Positions 1-9,845 of a stretch of DNA of 64,000 nucleotides are shown here, one piece after another. A program made the translations under genes and the position numbers. The stretch's first letter is position 1. Each line of letters begins with the position of its first letter. The notes under the pieces were generated by a model. It worked only from the letters and a program-made list of their open reading frames with translations, did not search any database and had not been told where the DNA came from. The stretch is from Eledone cirrhosa (Eukaryota), in the NCBI GenBank assembly GCA_964016885.1, contig OZ024754.1:38812001-38876000 (forward strand), read 5' to 3'.

Positions 1-173
1 GATTTTTAGGCACTGCGACATGATAATAGCATTTTCTAATTCATTGAAAAAAAAAACATCTACTGATGCTTATAAGTAGCAGTTCTATTACAAGATTTAA
101 AAGTTTAGGTGGTCCACAGGAAAAAATTACTTATTTTGGTGGTCCACAGCGAAAAAAAGGTTGAGAACCCCTG
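1..173. mobile_element. Right end of a hAT (Charlie-like) DNA transposon
   Basis: Terminal ggttgagaacccctg with repeated subterminal ggtggtccacag. Confidence 0.6.
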
Positions 174-216
174 GGCTAGAGTTTATATAGAATGTATGGG
201 TAACATTATATATATA

Positions 217-412
217 GGGGCGGTGGATTGGCAGTATCGGTAGAGGGTCGGACGACATGCTTTGACGCATAGAGTTACGGCCCTTTATGGTCTGAGTTCA
301 AATCCCGCCGAGGTTAACTTTGCCTTTCATCCTTACGGGGGTCGATAAAATAAAGTACCAGTAATACACTGGGATAATTGCTAGCCTTGTGCCAAAAGTA
401 GAAACAATTATA
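217..412 (+). mobile_element. tRNA-derived SINE, young high-copy family (other copies near 9994+, 10226-, 11256+, 11597+, 28295-, 32045-, 35074-, 36364-, 46653+, 47822-, 56645+)
   Basis: A-box-like TGGCAGTATCGG, B-box GAGTTCAAATCC; near-identical ~190-bp copies throughout the window, often with a TA-rich tail. Confidence 0.9.
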
Positions 413-612
413 TACATAGGAAAAGAGTCAGAACCCCGACGACAGAGCTCAAGCCGTTTCGACAACTATTTCAGTCCAGAAATAGCTGGCGAAACAGCTT
501 GAGCTCTGCTGTCGGGGTTCTGACTCTTTTCCTATTACCCACTCTACTACCCAAAGTATTGAGTACTCTGGTGCGTTATGGTCCACCTGGTTCCTTACCA
601 CACTTCCTTCGT

Positions 613-643
<31 letters not shown>

Positions 644-774
644 TTATTGTGTTTGAGAGAGAGGGTGAGGTGGACCTGTAATGCCTTGGGAGTGCTGGCT
701 AGAATATGTTTTGTGTTAGAGAGAGAGACTTGTAATGTCTTGGAGTGTTGGCTAGAGTTTATATGTTTTATTAT

Positions 775-1060
775 ATAATATAATATAATATATAATGAAA
801 TTATTGTGTAAAGTGCTCAGGTGCACTACAACTCATCAATATAGTACATAGAATAATACACAAATGTCGGGGAAGTACATGTGTGTATGTGTTAGCTGTA
901 GTGTTGGCGGATCTCGGGAAGCATGGAGGCCTTAAAGGATACAGTGTCTCGACAGCTAACAACTGATGCAGGTAGTTTGTTCCATGCTTCAGCAACTCTG
1001 AGCGTTAAAAAATGTTTCCGAAAGTCATGGGAACTGTGCTGTTTTCTCACTTATTATGTG
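775..1060 (-). mobile_element. CR1-type LINE 3' end (further 3' tails at 53675-53990)
   Basis: Minus-strand translation includes RVAEAWNKLPASVV..FK, followed by a 3' UTR and an (ATT)n tail. Confidence 0.75.
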
Positions 1061-1147
1061 AGAGAGAAAGTGAGTTGGACCTACAATGTTTTGGTTATTG
1101 TTTATGTAGAATGTATGCGTGACATGTTTGTTTGTTTGTGTAGAATA

Positions 1148-2491
1148 TGTGGTGTAGTATTGAGTGGTGGTTGTGTGTGTTGTTGTGTAGTATTGAGTGG
1201 TGGTTGTGTAGTATTGATTGGTGGTTGTGTGTGTTGTTGTGTAGTATTGAGTGGTGGTTGTGTAGTATTGAGTGGTGGTTGTGTGTGTTGTGGTGTAGTA
1301 TTGAGTGGTGGTTGTGTGTGTTGTGGTGTAGTATTGAGTGGTGGTTGTGTGTGTTGTGGTGTAGTATTGAGTGGTGGTTGTGTGTGTTGTGTAGTATTGA
1401 GTGGTGGTTGTGTAGTATTGAGTGGTGGTTGTCTGTGTTGTGGTGTAGTATTGAGTGGTAGTTGTGTGTGTTGTGGTGTAGTATTGAGTGGTGGTTGTGT
1501 GTGTTGTTGTGTAGTATTGAGTGGTGGTTGTGTGTGTTGTGGTGTAGTATTGAGTGGTGGTTGTGTGTGTTGTGGTGTAGTATTGAGTGGTGGTTGTGTG
1601 TGTTGTGGTGTAGTATTGAGTGGTGGTTGTGTGTGTTGTGGTGTAGTATTGAGTGGTGGTTGTGTGTGTTGTGGTGTAGTATTGAGTGGTGGTTGTGTGT
1701 GTTGTGGTGTAGTATTGAGTGGTGGTTGTGTGTGTTGTGGTGTAGTATTGAGTGGTGGTTGTGTGTGTTGTGGTGTAGTATTGAGTGGTGGTTGTGTGTG
1801 TTGTGGTGTAGTATTGAGTGGTGGTTGTGTGTGTTGTGGTGTAGTATTGAGTGGTGGTTGTGTGTGTTGTGGTGTCGTATTGAGTGGTGGTTGTGTGTGT
1901 TGTGGTGTAGTATTGAGTGGTGGTTGTGTGTGTTGTGGTGTCGTATTGAGTGGTGGTTGTGTGTGTTGTGGTGTAGTATTGAGTGGTGGTTGTGTGTGTT
2001 GTTGTGTAGTATTGAGTGGTGGTTGTGTGTGTTGTGGTGTAGTATTGAGTGGTGGTTGTGTGTGTTGTGGTGTAGTATTGAGTGGTGGTTGTGTGTGTTG
2101 TGGTGTAGTATTGAGTGGTGGTTGTGTGTGTTGTGGTGTAGTATTGAGTGGTGGTTGTGTGTGTTGTGGTGTAGTATTGAGTGGTGGTTGTGTGTGTTGT
2201 GGTGTAGTATTGAGTGGTGGTTGTGTGTGTTGTGGTGTAGTATTGAGTGGTGGTTGTGTGTGTTGTGGTGTAGTATTGAGTGGTGGTTGTGTGTGTTGTG
2301 GTGTAGTATTGAGTGGTGGTTGTGTGTGTTGTGGTGTAGTATTGAGTGGTGGTTGTGTGTGTTGTGGTGTAGTATTGAGTGGTGGTTGTGTGTGTTGTTG
2401 TGTAGTATTGAGTGGTGGTTGTGTGTGTTGTGGTGTAGTATTGAGTGGTGGTTGTGTGTGTTGTGGTGTAGTATTGAGTGGTGGTTGTGTG
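1148..2491. repeat. 33-bp minisatellite, about 40 copies
   Basis: Unit gtgtagtattgagtggtggttgtgtgtgttgtg; explains the 11-aa-periodic ORFs. Confidence 0.97.
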
Positions 2492-2808
2492 TCACCAACA
2501 CTAAAGATTATTGTGCTTTTGACACAATGTAGCTGTGCCACAGTATTTGGCAGGTGTAAGTTAAAGTCCCAGGGATGACACTAGCTACTAATTTTCTATC
2601 CCCAAGGGCTTATATGCCCAACTTATTAGACTATTTTTCATTGTCAAAGAAGTGTGGTGTAGTAGTGACCTCTAAATGAACTTAATCTTCAAACATTAGT
2701 AGCTAGTCTAATGTTTCTAAAAATAGAATGAGTAAATTTTATTGTTAGCAATGTCAATTTTATATCTGTTTTATATTGTATTTTTCTTATTGTTGTCTAT
2801 TTACCTAG

Positions 2809-2904
2809 TTGACGGTGCCATCCACAAAGCAGCTGGTCCAGAGCTGAAGCAAAAATGTCGAACTTTAGATGGCTGTAGGACAGGAGATATTGTGAAAACA
2901 GAAG
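2809..2904 (+). CDS. MACROD2: Macrodomain ADP-ribosylhydrolase (MACROD1/2-like), internal exon: [32 protein letters not shown](G)
   Basis: ctag|tt acceptor and g|gtaaag donor; VDGAIHxAAG macrodomain signature; phase 1-1. Upstream exons (NAAN/GGGG) were not found in the window. Confidence 0.95.
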
Positions 2905-4181
2905 GTAAAGCTGAAGGGTTTATGAACCTTAACCCTTTTCATACCAAACCACATGAAACTGTCCCTAGTTTTACCATACAAAACTGTTTGTTTTAAAGTG
3001 TTTATATTTATCTAAAATCCTCACATCATAATTTTCTGTAAGAATCTTATGTTCCAAAGACCAACTTAATTATGAGGAAGTTAGATATCGTACGAAATCC
3101 TTCCAAATTCTAGATTATTTTCTAAATTATTTACGGCAACTTTTATTTGAAATATGTTGAAGAAAAGGTTATATATAGAGGCCATGACAGAATGTTATGG
3201 AGGTTGTGGAAAGTCCTATAAGATGTAATAAAGGCTATGCCATGGAACTTTGTAGTGGTTATAAAATAGGACATGAAGTTAAGTACTTGGTTTTGTGAGA
3301 GGCAATTGAGATTAAATTATATAATAGATATTTGTCTATACTAACCCTTGAGCATTTAAACTGGCTATATCTGGTGAGAATTCTCTTGCCTCTTCCTGTT
3401 CAAACTGGCCATAACTGGACACTCATACTTATGTTAAAGTATTGTTCTCAAAATAGATAATATTAAAATCTCATACAATAGTATATATAGAATAATGTAA
3501 ATGCTAAAGAGTTAATATAGCATTCCCTTAAAAGTAGGAAGTTGTCTTTTTCTGTCTTATAGCTTCTGTAGCAGATGAGGTTAATTCTCCTTGTACTTCT
3601 ATCTGATGAACTGACAATTAACTGAAACATATGGCAATCCCTTATTTTCTTCTGTGTGAAGAAAATAATTTGGGAAAAGAAACAAATGTGAAAAGTATTA
3701 TTTTATTCACACAAAGGAATGTCATTGTTTCACAGCTAATTGGTAGCTCATCAAAAGTCAAGTACCAGGAAATACTTACATTAAATTTATATTACATTAT
3801 GCAATAATACTGAGTTCCTTATATATATATATCAGTTCCTGTCCCACCCTTGCAAGCAGGGAAAAGCGGGCATAAAATGATGATGATATATATATATCAT
3901 CATCATTTTATGCCCACTTTTCCCTGCTTGCAATGGTGGGATGGGTCCTCTTCAGCGCAGCTGCACTCCACTTGTCATGGTCCTTCATCATCTTCTCTGT
4001 AAGCTTCAGCATCTGATGTCATCTCTCACCACCTCCGCCCATGTTTTCCATGGTCTTCCTTCCACTGGGATTTCCTGACACTTCTTCACCCAGCAGTCAT
4101 CATTCATACATGTTATATATATAATATAAATACACACAGAGACCTTTTCCTAATATATATATATATTTTCTTATTTTTTAG

Positions 4182-4202
4182 GATATCGTCTCCCAGCAAA
4201 GT
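4182..4202 (+). CDS. MACROD2: MACROD 21-nt microexon (G)YRLPAK(Y)
   Basis: ttttttag|ga...aagt|gtaagt; supplies the conserved GYxLPAK motif and keeps frame between the flanking exons. Confidence 0.92.
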
Positions 4203-4883
4203 GTAAGTCTACATTTTCTCACAAAATGAATTATGAAAAGAAATTAGAAGACTTAAATAAATTATACAAATGTTTTAAAGAAATTTTTTGTGAATTCAGA
4301 TCCTACTTTTCAGCAGTTAGATGTATGAAGATCTGTACTTCATTTTAAAAAAAAGAAAAAAAAAGTAACAGTTGGCATGAGGAAGGCTATCTGGCTGCAG
4401 ACCATAGAATTCTGCCTGAACAAGTCTTATCCAACCCATGCTAACTTGGAAAAATGGATGTCAAACTACTGATGATATCCGGATAGTTATTAACCCTCTC
4501 CCATACCTAAACACCAGAAACTACCTCTTGTTTCTGATGACACTAAGCTGTTTATTCTCAACAACAGATAATATTGGCTGTTCTTTGTGGCAACACTTTT
4601 GCCAGACTGTCCAGGAGGGCATACCTTAGACTCTGGTGTTAACTGAGGCTCTGGTGTTATCTGAGGTGGTACAATGAAATGTTGAAGGGTTAACATAAAT
4701 CATCATTTTATATAAAAACATTTGTCAAGTTATGTTCCAAACACCAGCTTGATAATGGAAGTTATTTATATTACTAAATCCCTAAAAATTATCAATTATT
4801 GGCAGTGTTTTAATGAACGGGTTAAACAATCTGTTGTTTTTAAATGATTCGCTTTATAAGTGGCATGTTTTATCTTTGTCCAG

Positions 4884-4984
4884 ACATAATCCACACAGTT
4901 GGTCCGATTGGAGAGAAGGCTGAAGAATTGAGAAGTTGTTATCAGAAATCATTAAAATCCTTATCAAAAGATGAAAGAACAATT
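4884..4984 (+). CDS. MACROD2: MACROD exon (Y)IIHTVGPIGEKAEELRSCYQKSLKSLSKDERTI
   Basis: tccag| acceptor, |gtaagt donor; IIHTVGP and LxSCY motifs; phase 1-0. Confidence 0.95.
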
Positions 4985-5278
4985 GTAAGTTATTATTGTT
5001 GTTGAATTGTCAGAACCGGTAGAGTGTCGAACACCATGCTTTGCAGCACAGAGTTACATTCCTTTATTACAGGGTCGATAAAAAAAAAAAAAGTACCAGT
5101 AATGCACTGGGGTTGATTTTATCGACTTTTCCTTCCTTTTAAATTGGCCTTGTGCCAAAAATAGAAACAATTGTTGTTGTTGCAAAGCATTTTATCTGAT
5201 GGTCTAATGACTTCCAATTTGCCATTCAATGTGAAATCTTAACTTACTATAAACTCATTTCCCTTTTTATCTTTGTAG

Positions 5279-5309
5279 GCTTTTCCGTGTATTTCAACTG
5301 GAATTTATG
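5279..5309 (+). CDS. MACROD2: MACROD 31-nt exon AFPCISTGIY(G)
   Basis: tgtag|gct...tatg|gtaag; diphosphate-binding loop motif AFPCISTGIYG. Confidence 0.96.
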
Positions 5310-6531
5310 GTAAGATATTTTCTCTTAACTTTCTCTGTTTTTTTTTTTTTTGTGGGCCAAATTGTTTTTTTTTTTCTTTTTCTCCTTTTATAAATGAATT
5401 TGTCATAAGAGGAAGGGAAGCAGAGGACTAAACATTTATTAAGGGTCTGGCTGAAATGTTATCGGTGCTCCTGTGTATTAATGATTTCTACTATAGGCAC
5501 AAAGCCAGCAATCTGAAAGGGAGGGGAAAGTCGATTAAATTGATCCCAGTGCATTGCTGATCCTTTATTTTATCAACCCAGTAAGGTAAAGTAAAGTACC
5601 AGTAATGTACTAGGGTCGATTTAATCAACTTTCCTCTCCCCTCAAATTGCTGGCCTTGTGCCTATAGCAGAAATCATTATTAATACACAGGGACCCTGGT
5701 AGCAAAAGGATGGTGAATTGGTTGAATTCTTAGAGCATTGGATAAAATGCTTTGTAACAATTAATTAGGTTTTTTTTTTATTTTCTGAGATCAAATGCCA
5801 CTGAGGTGAACATTGCTTTTCATCCTTCTGGGGTCAATATAGACTTTCCCTGTCTCAAATTATGGGACTTGTGCCTCTATGAAAAATAATTCAAACAAAT
5901 AAATTTGGGGCTTTCAGATATTGTGGAGGTTCCCTGGCTTCAGCCTAGTCAGCCCCTAGGCCTCCCCCCCCCTCTCCTTTAATCTTCCACATGGGGAAGG
6001 GCAACACCTTTTTATTTTATTTTTTATTTCATATTCTCTTAACTCTGTATATTTTTCTTTTTTTGTTCTTAACTTTAAGAAATACTAGATACTTCGTTTA
6101 GTCTGTCATAGCTTACTAGCTCTAAACAGACGTTTACATTAAGTAAATAAATGAATATTGTGTATATAGACAGGTGTGTGTGTATATAGACAGGTGTGTG
6201 TATATAGATGCATTTATTTGTATATTGAGACATGTAGATAGATGTATTTATATATATATAGGTGTGTGTGTGTATATATATATAGGTGTGTGTGTGTGTA
6301 TATATATATATGTGTGTGTGTGTGTATGTGTATATATATATAGGTGTATGTGTATATATATATATAGGTGTGTGTGTATGTGTATATATATATATAGGTG
6401 TGTGTGTATGTGTGTATATATATATATAGGTGTGTGTGTGTGTGTATATATATATAGGTGTGTGTGTATGTGTATATATATATATAGGTGTGTGTATATA
6501 TATATATAGGTGTGTGTGTGTATATATATAG

Positions 6532-6570
<39 letters not shown>

Positions 6571-6645
6571 ACGCATTTGTAGATGTCAGTCACATCTCAC
6601 TGTTTTTTGTGTCTTTATTAATTTCAAATCTTCCTCCTCCTCCAG

Positions 6646-6719
6646 GTTATCCCAATGATAAAGCAGCAGAGGTTTCCTTAGAGACTGTACGGAAGTGGAT
6701 GGAGTCCAACCACGAAAAG
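6646..6719 (+). CDS. MACROD2: MACROD exon (G)YPNDKAAEVSLETVRKWMESNHEK
   Basis: tccag|gt...aag|gtaaat; 74 nt; phase 1-0. Confidence 0.94.
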
Positions 6720-7250
6720 GTAAATACATTGACCTTTGAAAATATTTGACATATTATCATCATCATCATTGTCTGGTTTAATGTCTTCTTTACTTCTCAC
6801 AAGCATTAGACATATTGGTAGCTTCTTTCAAGGTATCTCTCTTGAATGTTTGTTCTGGGATAGGTTTTGGTCCAGGTTCCAGATTATCTTTGATTACCTC
6901 TTCTCAGGTCTTACATGGAAAACCGGTGTGCGTGTGTGTGTCACGGGTTAAATCTGGGGTAACCACAGTAAGTAAGGTATTCAATACATAACAGAGTATA
7001 AATATTTAATGTAGAAAAAGGCTTCTACAGGACTAGAACTGTTTCATTTAAAGGAAATCATCTTTTGACAAAAGTGTGTGACATGAAAAGACTAATATCT
7101 TTTTGGGGTTTCATATCTGACAGGTTGATCGAGCTTTGTATTTGAGCCATGTTTTTGACATAAGCACATTTTTGACATAGGTAGTGTTTTTGACATAATT
7201 AGTATTTTTGACAGATGAAAAGACTGATTTCTTTGTTTCTCATTTGACAG

Positions 7251-7341
7251 GTTGACAGAGTTATATTTTGTATATTTTTGCCCAAAGATGTTGACATATA
7301 TCAGGATAAGATGCAGAAATATTTCCCCTTACATGAAACAA
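7251..7341 (+). CDS. MACROD2: MACROD exon VDRVIFCIFLPKDVDIYQDKMQKYFPLHET
   Basis: gacag|gtt...acaa|gtaagt; VDRxIFCxF motif closing the macrodomain; ends in phase 1. Confidence 0.94.
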
Positions 7342-8399
7342 GTAAGTTATTTATTAATTTTGTTGTATTTTAACTTCAAAGAAACATCATCACTGTTTTT
7401 ATGCCTGTTTTGTTTTTTTCTATGTTGTTATGGGTTGGATGAGACATTTTTGAGGCAGTATTTCTATAACTAGATACCTTTCCTGATACTAATCCTTACT
7501 TTAATTCTAAGAATGGTATACACTGCTGACTTTTGTTGAACGGAGCTACTAACATGTGGGATGTATTGTATATGTGGGATATAAACAAACATCACCCCTC
7601 GCTTTAAATGGACACATACAGAGGTTGATACAGTGTTATGTTGGTTATTGTATGAGCAAGACATGGTCACCTCACCTATCATTGCCCACAATAGGACAAC
7701 TCGTCTAACCCATGCTAGCGTGGAAAAATGAACGTAAAACTGTGATGATGATGATTGAAGATAGTGGACCCAGTTATAACTGAATGGTTAAGAAGTTTGT
7801 TTTAACAATCATGAAGTCCTTGGCTCAATCTCACTGTAGGTAATATCTTGGACAAGTGTCTTTATCTTAGCCTTCGGTCAACTCAAGCCGTGTGAGGGAA
7901 ATTGGGTTGACAGAATTCGTGGAAGCCCGTCCGATGGACTGTACCCTTAAGTCATTGGTCCTGCTGGTCACACCGTCATGCTGATTCGGCTTTAGAATTT
8001 CATTAAGGATCCACGTGTTTATGGAACATTGTGGAATATTGATTTTGAGAATTGATTGTGATGAGAAACTATGTCAGACAAAGCGTTGATTGATTCTTCA
8101 GCTGTATTGGAGCTACAATAAAATGCACCCAGTACACTCTGTAAAGTAGTTGGTGATAGGAAGGAAGGTCATCCAGCCGAGGAAACCATTTTGAAACCAG
8201 AATGTGAGATGTGGCTCTTGGGCCCATGTAGGAGGATAACAACTTTAAATAGGGACTCCTCTTAACCTGTCCAACCCATGCCAACATGGAAAATGGATGG
8301 TAAGTGCTGTTGATTATAATGATAGTTCTGGTGGTTGTGGTGGAAATGATGCTGCTGCTGATGATGATAATTTAAGTTCTTGCTGTTTTACCATTTCAG

Positions 8400-8464
8400 A
8401 AGAGTTCTCATCTGCTTCATCTGACATGAAAATTATGAGAAAAATTGAACTGTTATCAGTTTAA
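8400..8464 (+). CDS. Candidate proximal last exon of MACROD: (K)EFSSASSDMKIMRKIELLSV*
   Basis: ttttaccatttcag acceptor (tandem CAG/AAG); open in phase 1; followed by (AAT)n and AATAAA near 8554. No recognisable homology. Confidence 0.45.
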
Positions 8465-9299
8465 ATGTTAAACAAAATTCAATCAACTTTAAAATAATAA
8501 TAATAATATAATGATATAATAATAATAATAATAATAATGATAAAGATAATAATAATAAAAATTACAATTATTTGCAATAACAAAACATTTCTTTGCTTCA
8601 CTGATTTTTAAGCTTTGTTGATTCCTGTAGTGAATATTGGAGATTATGGATCTGTCGTGTTGTCAGAGACAAAATCTACTCCTGTCAAATTTTGTAGAGG
8701 AATTTTCTCTTTATTATTTGAAGTTTCCTATAAAAGGATTTTTTTCCAACAAACTGATGCATATGTGTATATATGTGTGTGTGTATGTGCATATGCATAC
8801 ATTCATACAAACACACACACACATTCATTCACACAAACACATATACAGCATAACAAATGGTATGCCAGATGCTATTTTGCTACAGTTTTTTCACCCCACC
8901 CCCTTCACCAACACCATCCATCACAAATCCTACACAAACCCTTACCATTAACACTACCACCAATACTACCATACCCTACCACCAAACTACAGCAATATCT
9001 CTAAATCTGGGCAAGAATTATAAAGTTATATTACTAGGATATTTTTCAATACACTGATGTGTATGTGTGTGTGTGTATATGTGCATATGAATACATTTAT
9101 ATGTATGAGTATATAAATATAAACGTGCAAACACAGACACACTTACAAAAATACACACTCAGACATACATTCACACACCACTTGTGTACCCAAGATCTGC
9201 ATTGTGTACATTCTATAGAGTTTATGCCAACTCCTTTTCTACATATCCAACATGACCGTTTCCCTGATGGAATCAGTCTTTTCTTCTTTCCTACTTATC

Positions 9300-9845
9300 A
9301 ACACTTTAGTCTTTGGTAGATTCGCTCTCAGTCCTCTTGATTCCAACTGCTGTTTCCACAGCCGGAATTTATTCTCTAGCTCCTCTACTGATTCTGCTAT
9401 AAGTACCAGATTATCAGCATAGAGAAGTTCCCATGAGCAGCCAGTCTTAAACTCCTCTGTTATGGCTTAGAGGACTATAATGAATAAGAGTGGGCTGAGG
9501 ACTGAACCCTGATGAACTCTTACTTGTATCTGGAATTCCTCACTAAACTCCATTCCTACTCTCACTTTACTGACAGCTCCTCTGTACATGGCTTGCACTG
9601 TCCTCACAAGCCATTCCTCAACACCTAGTTTCCTTAGGGACCACCAGATGACAGATCGGGGCACTCTATCAAAGGCCTTCTCTAGGTCAACAAAAGCTAA
9701 ATATAATGGCTTATTCTTCTCTAAGAACCTATCTTGTAGTCTCACTAAGGCGAGGGCATCTGTTGTACTTTTCCCAGGCACAAAGCCAAACTGCATCTCA
9801 TCTAATTTGATGCTTTCTCTAATTAATTCTGCTAACACTCTTTCT
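9300..9845 (-). mobile_element. RTE-clade LINE reverse transcriptase fragment
   Basis: QFGFVPGKSTTDA, AFVDLEKAFDRV, HQGSVLSPLLF, then a stop and LLYADN. Confidence 0.9.

Noticed and set aside
217-412. tRNA gene (A/B boxes)
   Set aside because: No cloverleaf; high-copy element with a non-tRNA body, i.e. a SINE.
923-2578. 551-aa Cys/Gly/Val-rich ORF and His-rich antisense ORFs (metallothionein- or keratin-like look)
   Set aside because: Translation of a 33-bp minisatellite that is open in several frames, with almost no synonymous variation.
3595-3640. CTGATGA...GAAA-CATATG hammerhead-like motif
   Set aside because: Stems I and II do not pair and U16.1 is missing; at most a decayed relic.
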